This document shows, in pieces, positions 20,481 through 28,888 of a stretch of 64,000 nt of DNA. The stretch covers positions 349,237 through 413,236 of the forward strand of contig CAVPJG010000005.1 in the NCBI GenBank assembly GCA_963705205.1. The letters are read 5' to 3'. How positions within the stretch are numbered: the stretch's first letter is position 1; every line of letters starts with the position of its first letter. Position numbers and translations under genes: made by a program. Source of the stretch: an uncultured Thermoleophilia bacterium (GTDB lineage: Bacteria; Actinomycetota; Thermoleophilia; UBA2241). Under the pieces are notes generated by a model, which saw only the letters and a list, made by a program, of their open reading frames with translations, searched no databases and was not told where the DNA came from.

Positions 20481-20813
20481 ATGTCCCCCTCTTCGAAGCA
20501 GTTCAACACAGCCCCGGCGCGGTCGCTCGACCAGCGCATGGACGCCCTGGGCAGGGCCAACGAGGTCCGTAGCCGGCGGGCCGCGCTCAAGGCCGATCTC
20601 AAGCACGGCAGCGTGAGCATCAACGAGATCCTCGCGGATCCGCCGGAGTTCCTGCTCACCGCCAAGGTCGCGGACCTCCTCATGGCCGCGCCCAAGTGCG
20701 GCCGCGTCAAGTCGGCGCGCATCATGGAGCAGTGCCGCATCAGCCCGAGCAAGACCGTGGGTGGTCTCTCGGAGCGCCAGCGGCACGAGCTGCTCGCCTA
20801 CTTCGGAGGCTGA
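20481..20813 (+). CDS. mihF: Actinobacterial-type integration host factor mIHF
   Basis: 110-aa ORF. RANEVRSRRAALKADLK..LSERQRHELL is typical of mIHF. Conserved position upstream of gmk-rpoZ. Confidence 0.85.
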   Translation: MSPSSKQFNTAPARSLDQRMDALGRANEVRSRRAALKADLKHGSVSINEILADPPEFLLTAKVADLLMAAPKCGRVKSARIMEQCRISPSKTVGGLSERQRHELLAYFGG

Positions 20814-20816
20814 CCC

Positions 20817-21377
20817 ATCCCATCCGTCTTCGTCATCTCGGGGCCCTCGGGCGCCGGGAAGGGGACCGTCATCGCGCTCGTCCGCAGGCGCCTCCCCCGC
20901 GTCGTGACGTCCGTCTCGGCCACGACGCGCGCGGCTCGGCCGGGCGAGGCGGACGGCCGCGAGTACCACTTCATGGACGAGGCCGCCTTCCGTGCGGCAG
21001 TGGCGTCGGGCGACTTCCTCGAGTGGGTAGAGTACAGTGGCAACCTGTACGGCACGCTGCGCAGCGAGGTCGCGGCCAAGCTCGCGGCCGGGGACGACGT
21101 GGTCCTCGAGATCGAGCTGATCGGCGCCCGCGCGGTGCGCGAGGCGATGCCTGAGGCCATCTCGGTGTTCATCGCGCCGCCCAGCATGGCCGAGCTCGCG
21201 GAGAGGCTGCGCGGCCGCGGCACGGAGTCCGCCGCGGCCATCGCCAAGCGGCTGCACAGGGCGGAGGCGGAGGTCGCCGCCGCGGAGGAGTTCGACCACG
21301 TCGTGGTGAACGACGATGCCGGACGCGCCGCCGGCGAGGTGGCCGCCATCATCGAAGCACAACGGAAGGAAGACTAA
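20817..21377 (+). CDS. gmk: Guanylate kinase (non-canonical ATC start proposed)
   Basis: P-loop ISGPSGAGKG starts 7 codons after the mihF stop, in the same frame. There is no ATG/GTG/TTG before it. ATC 20817 sits 7 nt after GGAGG. The ORF-track ATG at 20904 would delete the P-loop. Confidence 0.8.
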   Translation: MPSVFVISGPSGAGKGTVIALVRRRLPRVVTSVSATTRAARPGEADGREYHFMDEAAFRAAVASGDFLEWVEYSGNLYGTLRSEVAAKLAAGDDVVLEIELIGARAVREAMPEAISVFIAPPSMAELAERLRGRGTESAAAIAKRLHRAEAEVAAAEEFDHVVVNDDAGRAAGEVAAIIEAQRKED

Positions 21378-21617
21378 GTGGACAAGCCCCGCATCGACGA
21401 GCTGCTGCCTCACGCGGACGGCTCTCGCTACGAGCTCGTCATGATCGCCGCCAAGCGCGCGCGGCAGATCAACAACTACTACCACAGTCTGGGCGAGAAC
21501 ACGCTCGGGCTCGAGGAGCTCACGCCGCCGCTGATCACGACGCGCAGCACCAACCTGCTCACGATCGCCTTCGAGGAGATCGTCGACAACAAGATCGACC
21601 ACGAGACGAGCGAATAA
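21378..21617 (+). CDS. rpoZ: DNA-directed RNA polymerase subunit omega
   Basis: 79-aa ORF containing RYELVMIAAKRARQINNYY. Confidence 0.9.
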   Translation: MDKPRIDELLPHADGSRYELVMIAAKRARQINNYYHSLGENTLGLEELTPPLITTRSTNLLTIAFEEIVDNKIDHETSE

Positions 21618-21626
21618 GACGAGACC

Positions 21627-22838
21627 GTGAGCGAGGCTCCCACCATGCATGCCGCCCCCACCGTGCTCGTCGGTGTCACGGGCGGCATCGCCATCTACAA
21701 GGCCGTCGAGCTGGTGCGCGGACTCGTCAAGGACGGCTTCCGGCCACTGGTGGTGACCACGGAGGCGGCGCAGCGGTTCGTCATGCCGCTCACCTTCGCC
21801 GCCGTGTCGCAGGCCCAGGTCCTCGACGACCAGAGCGCCTGGCAGGCGAGCGGCGGCTGGTTCCAGCACATCGAGGCGGCCAGGACGGCCAGCCTGATGG
21901 TCGTAGCGCCCGCCACCGCCAACACGCTGGCGAAGATGGCCGCCGGCATGGCCGACAACCTGCTTACCGCGATCTACCTCGCCTTCCGCGGCCCCGTGAT
22001 CGTCGCGCCGACCATGAACTGGGCGATGAACGAGCACGCGGCCACGCGGGAGAACCTCCGTGTGCTCGCGCAGCGTGGGGTGGAGGTGCTGCCCACGGAG
22101 GAGGGCGAGCTCGCCTGTGGTGAGGAGGGCTCGGGGCGGATGGCCTCGCCGGACGCCATCCGGCTCGCCGTGCGCCGGGCGCTCGCAGCGTCGGCGTCCG
22201 GCGCGCTCGCCGGCAAGAAAGTCGTGGTCACGTCCGGCGGCACGCGCGAGCGCATCGACGCGGTGCGCTTCATCGGCAACCGCTCGAGCGGCAAGATGGG
22301 CCGCGCCGTCGCTGACGAGGCCTACCTGCGCGGCGCCCGGGTCACGCTCGTGACCACGCAACCGGCCCAGGGTGCGCCCTACGACGTGCTTCGCGTCGAG
22401 AGCGCCGCCGAGATGGCCGCGGCGGTCGCCGAGCAGGTCCGCGACGCGGACGTGCTCGTCATGGCCGCGGCGGTCGCCGACTTCCGTCCGAAGGACGCGG
22501 AGGGTGGGAAGATCGAGCGTGGCGAGCGCGAATCGCTCACGCTCGAGCTCGTGCGCACGGTCGACGTGCTCGCGTCCAGCGCGCGCCCGGGCCTCTACCG
22601 CGTCGGCTTCGCCGCGGAGGCCGGCCCCCGACTGGACAGAGCGCGCGCCAAGAAGGCGGCCAAGGGCGTCGACCTGCTCGTGTTCAACGACATCCTCGCC
22701 GAGGGGGTCGGGATCGGCTCGGACGAGAACGAGATCACGATCCTCACGCCCGGGGGCGAGGTCCACGTGCCCCGCACCACGAAGACGGCCTGCGCGAGGG
22801 CGATCGCCGACCAGATCGAGGGCGGGCTGGCGCGATGA
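21627..22838 (+). CDS. coaBC: Bifunctional phosphopantothenoylcysteine decarboxylase / phosphopantothenate-cysteine ligase
   Basis: 403-aa ORF. Flavoprotein N-domain GVTGGIAIYKA and DFP C-domain (GNRSSGKMG, AAVADF). Confidence 0.9.
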   Translation: MSEAPTMHAAPTVLVGVTGGIAIYKAVELVRGLVKDGFRPLVVTTEAAQRFVMPLTFAAVSQAQVLDDQSAWQASGGWFQHIEAARTASLMVVAPATANTLAKMAAGMADNLLTAIYLAFRGPVIVAPTMNWAMNEHAATRENLRVLAQRGVEVLPTEEGELACGEEGSGRMASPDAIRLAVRRALAASASGALAGKKVVVTSGGTRERIDAVRFIGNRSSGKMGRAVADEAYLRGARVTLVTTQPAQGAPYDVLRVESAAEMAAAVAEQVRDADVLVMAAAVADFRPKDAEGGKIERGERESLTLELVRTVDVLASSARPGLYRVGFAAEAGPRLDRARAKKAAKGVDLLVFNDILAEGVGIGSDENEITILTPGGEVHVPRTTKTACARAIADQIEGGLAR

Positions 22839-23392
22839 CGCCCGCGCGCGCACTGGTGCTGGCCGAGGTCGAGGCGCACGTGGCGAACGAGAACCTGCGC
22901 CGCCACATGCTCGCCACCGAGGCGATCATGCGCGCCCTCGCCGCACGGCTGGGCGCGGACGCGGACGTCTGGGGTCTCGCCGGCCTCGGGCACGACCTGG
23001 ACGCGGAGGTGACCGAGGACGACTTCACCCGGCACGGTGCCGTCGCCGCCGAGACGCTCCGCGGCTTGGGGCTTCCCGAGGACGCCGTCCACGCCGTCCT
23101 CGCGCACAACCCGGACACCGGCGTCGCGGCGACGGAGCGCATCGACGTCGCCCTCGTCGCCGCCGATCAGCTGAGCGGGCTGATCACGGCCGCGGCCCTG
23201 GTCCGTCCGGAGAAGGACCTCGCCGGCGTCAAGGTCAAGTCGGTGCGCAAGCGCTACCGCGAGGGCGCGTTCGCGCGCGGGGTCGACCGCGAGGCGATCG
23301 CGCGCTGCGAGGAGCTCGGCCTGGAGCCCGACGAGTTCTTCGCCCTCGGGCTCGAGGCGATGCAGGGCATCGCGCCGCGGCTCGGCCTCTGA
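22835..23392 (+). CDS. HD-domain metal-dependent phosphohydrolase
   Basis: 185-aa ORF. ATGA overlap with the coaBC stop. H..HD motif (LGHDLD) in an HD-type helical protein. Confidence 0.65.
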   Translation: MTPARALVLAEVEAHVANENLRRHMLATEAIMRALAARLGADADVWGLAGLGHDLDAEVTEDDFTRHGAVAAETLRGLGLPEDAVHAVLAHNPDTGVAATERIDVALVAADQLSGLITAAALVRPEKDLAGVKVKSVRKRYREGAFARGVDREAIARCEELGLEPDEFFALGLEAMQGIAPRLGL

Positions 23393-23403
23393 GAGCACCC
23401 ACC

Positions 23404-23793
23404 GTGGAGCCACCAGAGCGGCGCACCCCTGACTTCTGCGCGGAGAGCGAGGCCTACAGCCTCTTCCGCCGCGGCGTCGGCTTCCTCGAGGACGGCCACC
23501 CCGCGCAGGCGGCTATGTACCTCTCCCGGGCCCTCGAGCTGGAGCCCGGGCGCAACTCCATCCGCGAAGCGTTGGGCCGCGCCGAGTTCGCGCTGGGCCG
23601 CTACGAGCGCGCCGCGGCGCTGTTCCGCGAGGTGGTGGCCGACGTCCCCGACTGCGACTACGCGCACTACGCCCTCGCGCGCTCGCTGAAAGCGCTGGGG
23701 CGCGGGGAAGAGGCGCGCGCCCACCTGCGGCTGGCCCGCGCCCTCCACCCGACCTGCGCGACCTACCGCCGGCGCCTCGACGGCGTCGACTGA
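23404..23793 (+). CDS. TPR-repeat protein
   Basis: GTG 23404 is in frame with ORF 22372..23793. TPR-like A..Y..AL....P repeats. 129 aa. Confidence 0.55.
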   Translation: MEPPERRTPDFCAESEAYSLFRRGVGFLEDGHPAQAAMYLSRALELEPGRNSIREALGRAEFALGRYERAAALFREVVADVPDCDYAHYALARSLKALGRGEEARAHLRLARALHPTCATYRRRLDGVD

Positions 23794-23817
23794 GCCTCGG
23801 AGGGCGGCGCCGCCGAC

Positions 23818-24861
23818 TCAGCCGGGCGCTCCCGGTCCCGGGGGTGGCACCCAGGGCCCGCCAGCCGCCGGGGGCTCCGGCGTCACGGGTCCGGGGGGAA
23901 CGGCGGCCGCCGGGCGCGGCGTCTCCACCAGCGCCTCGGGCCCGACGTGCGCCATCTCGAGCAGGATCGCGATGCGCTTCCTGACCGGCGGGTGGGTGTC
24001 GAAGACGCCGGTGACCTCCTTCGTCTTCTTCATCGGGTTCTCGATGTAGAGGTGCGCGGTGGCCCGGTTGGCGTGGCGCAACGGCCTTGGGTCCGCGGCG
24101 ATGTCGTTGAGCGCCCGCGCCAGGCCGAGGGGGTTGCGCGTGAGCTCCACCGCCGACGCGTCGGCCAGGTACTCACGGCGGCGAGAGACGGCGAACTGCA
24201 CCGCGTACGCCGCCAGCGGCGCCACGATGGCGAGCACGAGGGCGACGATGGCGAAGATCGCGCTCGCCTGGTCGCCGCCTGAGTCGCCGCCGCGGCGGCG
24301 GCCGCCCATCCCTCCCCAGAAGCTCCAGCGCAGGAAGAAGTCGGCGATGAGGGCGATCATGCCGACGAGGACGCCGACCAGCGTCTCGAAGCGGATGTCG
24401 TAGTTGCGGATGTGCGCCATCTCGTGGGCGATGACGCCCTGGAGCTGCTCGCGGTCGAGGCGGTCGAGCAGGCCGCGCGTGACGGCGATGGAGGCGTGCT
24501 GCGGGTCGCGCCCGGTTGCCAGAGCGTTGGGCGAGGCCTCGTCGAGCACGTACACCGCCGGCACCTGCGGCAGGCCGGAAGCGATGGTCATCTCCTCGAC
24601 GACGTTGAAGAGCTGCGGCTCCTCGGCGTGGGTCACGCGTCGGGCGCCGCTCACCGCCAGCACCATCCTGTCGCCGCTGTAGTAGCCGATGATGCTCCAG
24701 GCGATGGCCACGATGCCGAACACGCCGAGCAGCCCGATGCCGCCCTGCGTTCCGCCGATGGTGGCGTACCCGATGGCGAACCCGAGCATGGCCAGGATGG
24801 CGACGACGAGCCCGGCCAGCAGCCAGGACGCCCGGCGGTTGCGGCGGATCTGTTCGTACAT
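23818..24861 (-). CDS. htpX: M48-family zinc protease HtpX
   Basis: 347-aa ORF. HEMAHIRNYD motif, 4 TM segments and a Pro-rich C-terminal tail. Confidence 0.85.
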   Translation of the reverse strand: MYEQIRRNRRASWLLAGLVVAILAMLGFAIGYATIGGTQGGIGLLGVFGIVAIAWSIIGYYSGDRMVLAVSGARRVTHAEEPQLFNVVEEMTIASGLPQVPAVYVLDEASPNALATGRDPQHASIAVTRGLLDRLDREQLQGVIAHEMAHIRNYDIRFETLVGVLVGMIALIADFFLRWSFWGGMGGRRRGGDSGGDQASAIFAIVALVLAIVAPLAAYAVQFAVSRRREYLADASAVELTRNPLGLARALNDIAADPRPLRHANRATAHLYIENPMKKTKEVTGVFDTHPPVRKRIAILLEMAHVGPEALVETPRPAAAVPPGPVTPEPPAAGGPWVPPPGPGAPG

Positions 24862-24889
24862 GCCGATGCGCGGCCGCTGAGCCGCGCGA

Positions 24890-25450
24890 CTACCTCAGGT
24901 CGACGGTGGGGACGGCCTTCTCGGTCTCGGGGACCTCGAAGAACTGCCGTGTCGTGAAGTTGAACATCCCGGCAATGAGGTTGGACGGGAACGTCTGCAC
25001 CTTGTTGTTGAACGTCAGCACGCTGTCGTTGTAGAACTGCCGCGCGAAGGCGATCTTGTTCTCCGTCGACGTGAGCTCTTCCTGAAGCTGCATGACGTTC
25101 TGGTTGGCCTTGAGGTCGGGGTAGTTCTCCGCCACGGCGAACAGGGTCTTGAGGGTGCCGGTGAGCATGTTCTCGGCCTCGGCCACCGCCTGGGGACCCT
25201 GGTTGCCGGCGTCGATGGCGGCGGCGCGGGCCTGGGTGACGTTGGTGAGCGTCTCCTGCTCGTAGGACATGTAGTCCTTGACCGCCTCGACCAGGTTGGG
25301 GATGAGGTCGTGGCGGCGCTTGAGCTGGACGTCGATCTGGCTCCACGAGTTGTCCACCTGATTGCGGCGCTTCACCAGGCTGTTGTACATGCCCGCCAGC
25401 ATGGCCACGATCACGACCACGATGACGATGAGGACGATGACGGCGATCAA
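24890..25450 (-). CDS. lemA: LemA family protein
   Basis: 186-aa ORF with an N-terminal TM segment. LemA motifs ([18 protein letters not shown]). AAGGAG RBS before the TTG start. Lies upstream of htpX on the same strand. Confidence 0.85.
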   Translation of the reverse strand: MIAVIVLIVIVVVIVAMLAGMYNSLVKRRNQVDNSWSQIDVQLKRRHDLIPNLVEAVKDYMSYEQETLTNVTQARAAAIDAGNQGPQAVAEAENMLTGTLKTLFAVAENYPDLKANQNVMQLQEELTSTENKIAFARQFYNDSVLTFNNKVQTFPSNLIAGMFNFTTRQFFEVPETEKAVPTVDLR

Positions 25451-25563
25451 GCGACGCTCCTTTCGTTGGGTGCCCCTTCCAGCCGACTAGTCTACGCCTC
25501 CGGGGGGAATCGACCACATGCTCGTTTGTACCTGTCTGGGCCGGTTGTCTATCCTTGGGGTCG

Positions 25564-26364
25564 ATGAACTCCCGCACACGTGACATCGTCATCGTCGTCG
25601 CCGGGCTCGCCGTGCTGCTCGCGGCGGCGCTGGGCGGCTACGCCGCGGTGCGCGCCCGCGCGCAGGGATCCGGAGCCAGCCAGGTGCTGGCGCCGGTGGC
25701 GCAGCCCACGCCGGCGCCCTCCGGCTCCGCCGAGGCCGACCCCGAGCCGCAGTACCAGCGCTGGACGGTCGGCAAGGCCGTCGGCCCCGTGACTGTCTAC
25801 ACGCGGCCGAGCACGTCGGCGCCGGTCAAGGCCAAGCTCGGCAAGGTGAACCAGAACGGCTACCCCACGCTGGTGCTGGTCGACTCGACCAAGGAGACCG
25901 GAGGCAGGGTCTGGTACCGCGTGTGGCTCGCCATGCGCCCCAATGGGAGCCGGGGCTGGATCCCGGAGGGTAGGCTGGCCTTCTACACGACCTCGTCCAA
26001 GATCACCATCGACCTCTCCGAGCGCACGCTCAGCGTGTACCGTCGCGGCGCGCTCATCGACACGTACCCGGTGGCCGTCGGCAAGCCCGGCCTGACCACG
26101 CCGACCGGCTACTACTTCATCAACCAGAAGCTCAAGCCGCCGGCGCCGGGCGGCGCCTACGGCGCGCTCGCCCTGGGCATCAGCGCGTTCCAGCCCAAGC
26201 TGGCGTACTGGGAGCAGGGCGGGCCGGTCGCGATCCACGGCACCAACCAGGACGAACTGATCGGCAAGGCCGTCAGCCACGGCTGCGTGCGCATGCACGA
26301 CAAGGACGTGCTCGCGGTCAGCAGGTATGTGCCGGCCGGCAGCCCGGTGGTCATCACGAAGTAG
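25564..26364 (+). CDS. L,D-transpeptidase (YkuD domain) with SH3-like domain
   Basis: Catalytic SHGCVRM motif, N-terminal TM/signal segment, central SH3b-like region. Alternative TTG start at 25555. Confidence 0.8.
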   Translation: MNSRTRDIVIVVAGLAVLLAAALGGYAAVRARAQGSGASQVLAPVAQPTPAPSGSAEADPEPQYQRWTVGKAVGPVTVYTRPSTSAPVKAKLGKVNQNGYPTLVLVDSTKETGGRVWYRVWLAMRPNGSRGWIPEGRLAFYTTSSKITIDLSERTLSVYRRGALIDTYPVAVGKPGLTTPTGYYFINQKLKPPAPGGAYGALALGISAFQPKLAYWEQGGPVAIHGTNQDELIGKAVSHGCVRMHDKDVLAVSRYVPAGSPVVITK

Positions 26365-26380
26365 CGTCCCACGGCGCGTC

Positions 26381-26665
26381 TTACCAGTACTCGCCCTGGT
26401 GCAGAAGCATGTCGTGCGCCTTGCACTTGGGGCAGGTGTACGAGGCGGCCTTCTCGAGGAAGAAGAGCTCGCTGCCGCAGACCACGCAGCGGAACTCGTC
26501 CACGTGGATGTCGGCGCCGGTCATGTCGACCTCGACGATGGTGCCGCACTCGACGCAGTAGCCGGGCATGAAGCGCTGGCGCGGGTCGTAGACGCTGACG
26601 CCCCAGCGGATGCGTTCGGCCTGGTAGCCGCACTGGCGGCACTCGAACGTCGTGTATTCTCCCAT
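26381..26665 (-). CDS. Small double zinc-ribbon protein (four CxxC motifs), function unknown
   Basis: ATG at 26665. 94 aa with CRQC, CVEC, CVVC and CPKC. High GC3. Only the 3' third of ORF 26381..27028 looks coding. Confidence 0.6.
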   Translation of the reverse strand: MGEYTTFECRQCGYQAERIRWGVSVYDPRQRFMPGYCVECGTIVEVDMTGADIHVDEFRCVVCGSELFFLEKAASYTCPKCKAHDMLLHQGEYW

Positions 26666-26755
26666 CGCCTGCCTCTCTCCGGGTCTGCAACTGTCCCTCC
26701 CACTATCGGCAGATTCCCCGGGGGCCTGAGCCTGCGGCGGGCTCCGGCAGCCTCC

Positions 26756-26785
26756 TTGAACGCCGCAAGAAGCGGGTGCTATACT
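26756..26785 (+). promoter_or_regulatory. Putative promoter of the rimP-nusA-infB operon
   Basis: TTGAAC (26756-26761), 18-nt spacer ending in TGc, then TATACT (26780-26785). Confidence 0.5.
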
Positions 26786-26826
26786 CATCGGGCAGGACAA
26801 CACACCACGAGCGGGCTCTCTGCGTG

Positions 26827-26848
26827 AAAGTCGGTGGCAACCGACTTT
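26827..26848 (+). promoter_or_regulatory. Leader hairpin upstream of rimP
   Basis: Perfect 9-bp stem AAAGTCGGT / ACCGACTTT with loop GGCA, followed by TCTCGTGTT, about 20 nt before the rimP start. Confidence 0.4.
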
Positions 26849-26867
26849 TCTCGTGTTAGGGGTCGGT

Positions 26868-27332
26868 ATGAGGGAGACAAGAGAGGATCTGGAAGCCATC
26901 ATCGAAGCTGCGCTCGCCGAGCGGTTCCCCGACGTCGACCTGGTCGACGTGGAGGTGCGTGGCCGGCCGGCTTCGATGCTGACGCTGTACATCGACCGGC
27001 CAGGCGGAGTCGACCTCGACCTGTGCATGGCGGTGAGTCAGTCGCTGGAGGAGCTGCGCGAGCGCTATGCGCTCGAGGTCTCCTCCCCGGGACTGGACCG
27101 GCGCCTGCGCAAGCCGGCGCACTTCGCCGCCGCGCTCGGCAGCGAGGTGGCGGTCACCTTGGCGCGGCCGATCGAGGGCCGCCGCAACTACCGCGGCCGC
27201 CTGGCGGCCGCCGACGACCAGTCCATCACCCTCACCCTCGAGGGAGGGGGCAGCGCCACGCTGCCGCTCGAGTCCCTCGGCAAGGCGCACGTGGTCTACA
27301 ACCATGAAACCGACGGAGGCCATCGTGAGTAG
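26868..27332 (+). CDS. rimP: Ribosome maturation factor RimP
   Basis: ATG 26868 (alternative GTG 26853). Contains LEVSSPGLDRRLRKPAHF. 154 aa. Confidence 0.85.
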   Translation: MRETREDLEAIIEAALAERFPDVDLVDVEVRGRPASMLTLYIDRPGGVDLDLCMAVSQSLEELRERYALEVSSPGLDRRLRKPAHFAAALGSEVAVTLARPIEGRRNYRGRLAAADDQSITLTLEGGGSATLPLESLGKAHVVYNHETDGGHRE

Positions 27333-28614
27333 AGAGATCATCGAGGCTCTGCGCCAGATCGAGAGCGAGAAGGGCATCGCCTTCGAGGCTCTTGTCGCGG
27401 CCCTCGAGGACGCGCTGCTGTCCGCGTACAAGAAGTCCCCGGACGCGGCTGAGTACGCCGCTGTAGAGATCGACACCGAGACCGGCGACATGCGCGTGTA
27501 CCAGCTCATCTTCCCGGACCACATCGATACCGAGGCGCTCAAGGTCCACGACGAGGAGACCGGAGAAGAGGTCGGGCTCGACCTCAGCGGCGTCGATATG
27601 AGCGAGGTCGAGCGCATCGAGGTCACGCCCGACGACTTCGGTCGCATCGCGGCGATGACCGCCAAGCAGGTCATCCTGCAGCGCATCCGCGAAGCCGAGC
27701 GCGACCTCATGTACGAGGAGTACATCGATCGCGTCGGCGAGCTGGTCACCGGCATCGTCCAGCAGAGCGACCCGCGGCACAACACGCTGGTCGAGCTCGG
27801 CCGCGTGGAGGCCGAGCTCCCGCGCGGAGAACAGATCGAGACGGAGCACTACGAGCACGGCGCGCGCATCAAGGCCGTGATCATCCGCGTGGAGGAGTCC
27901 GCCAAGGGACCGCAGGTCAAGCTCTCGCGGCGCAGCGAGGAGCTCGTGCGCAAGCTGTTCGAGCTCGAGGTGCCGGAGATCGCCGACGGCCTCGTCGAGA
28001 TCCGCCAGGTGGCGCGCGAGACCGGCTATCGCGGGCGCGACGGCAAGCCCGTCCCCGGGCGCTGCAAGATCGCCGTGATCTCGCACGCAGACGGCGTCGA
28101 CCCGGTCGGCGCCTGCGTCGGCCCGCGCGGCTCGCGCGTGCGCATGGTGGTCAGCGAGCTGCGCGGCGAGCGCATCGACATCATCCCGTACAACGAGGAC
28201 GCGGCGCGCTTCGTCGCGAAGTCGCTCTCGCCGGCGCGTGTGCGCGAGGTGATCGTCGACGACGAGGAGAAGACCGCGACGATCATCGTCCCCGACGACC
28301 AGCTTTCGCTGGCGATCGGCAAGGAGGGCCAGAACGCTCGGCTGGCGAGCAAGCTCACCGGCTGGCGCATCGACATCAAGAGCCAGCAGCAGATGGCCGA
28401 GGCCGAGAACAGCCTGGAGTTCGGCGAGGAGGACGGCGTCGACGGCCAGTGCATGGCGATCATGCGCACCGGCAAGCGCTGTCCCAACCAGGCCGAGCCG
28501 GGCTCTCGGTACTGCAGCATCCACGCCGACTACGTCCCCGCCGAGCCGGCGACTCCGCCGGCGACGGAAGAGGCCGCGGTGCAGTCCGCCGAGGCGGAGG
28601 CGAGCGAGGAGTGA
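27325..28614 (+). CDS. nusA: Transcription termination/antitermination factor NusA with Cys/His-rich C-terminal extension
   Basis: GTG 27325 lies 5 nt after GGAGG (alternative ATG 27304). S1 and KH domains (LAIGKEGQNARLA). C-terminal CMAIMRTGKRCPNQAEPGSRYCSIH. Confidence 0.9.
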   Translation: MSREIIEALRQIESEKGIAFEALVAALEDALLSAYKKSPDAAEYAAVEIDTETGDMRVYQLIFPDHIDTEALKVHDEETGEEVGLDLSGVDMSEVERIEVTPDDFGRIAAMTAKQVILQRIREAERDLMYEEYIDRVGELVTGIVQQSDPRHNTLVELGRVEAELPRGEQIETEHYEHGARIKAVIIRVEESAKGPQVKLSRRSEELVRKLFELEVPEIADGLVEIRQVARETGYRGRDGKPVPGRCKIAVISHADGVDPVGACVGPRGSRVRMVVSELRGERIDIIPYNEDAARFVAKSLSPARVREVIVDDEEKTATIIVPDDQLSLAIGKEGQNARLASKLTGWRIDIKSQQQMAEAENSLEFGEEDGVDGQCMAIMRTGKRCPNQAEPGSRYCSIHADYVPAEPATPPATEEAAVQSAEAEASEE

Positions 28615-28883
28615 TCGCCGTGTCGACGCCGGAGAGGACGTGCGTCGGCTGTCGCCGCAAGCGCAGCCAGGACGAGCTCGTACGGCTCGTGGCCGCGCAG
28701 GGGCGCGTGGTGGAGGCGCGACCGGGAGCACCCGGGAGGAGCGCCTATTTGTGTCCAGAACAGAACTGTCTCGAGGCCGCGGAGAAGAAGCGCGCGTTCG
28801 CGCGCGCCTTCCGCGGCCCGGTGACACTCGATCCCGGGGTCCGTGCGCTCTTCGCGCAGCCCCAGGACGACGAAAGGCGGTGA
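28611..28883 (+). CDS. ylxR: YlxR/RnpM (DUF448) RNA-binding protein
   Basis: GTG 28611 overlaps the nusA stop (GTGA). ERTCVGCRRKRSQDELVR motif. 90 aa. Confidence 0.85.
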   Translation: MIAVSTPERTCVGCRRKRSQDELVRLVAAQGRVVEARPGAPGRSAYLCPEQNCLEAAEKKRAFARAFRGPVTLDPGVRALFAQPQDDERR

Positions 28884-28888
28884 GGTGA

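Noticed and set aside
23791-23820. Palindromic GC-rich sequence spanning the convergent stop codons of the TPR gene and htpX (TGAGCCTCGG..CCGACTCA), considered as a bidirectional terminator.
   Set aside because: It is short and imperfect, with no U-tract on either strand, so I cannot support it as a terminator from sequence alone.
26666-27028. Upstream two-thirds of minus-strand ORF 26381..27028 (215 aa).
   Set aside because: That part overlaps rimP and its promoter and leader, and its translation is Arg/Ser-rich. Only the last 94 codons (from ATG 26665) show coding-like composition and CxxC motifs.
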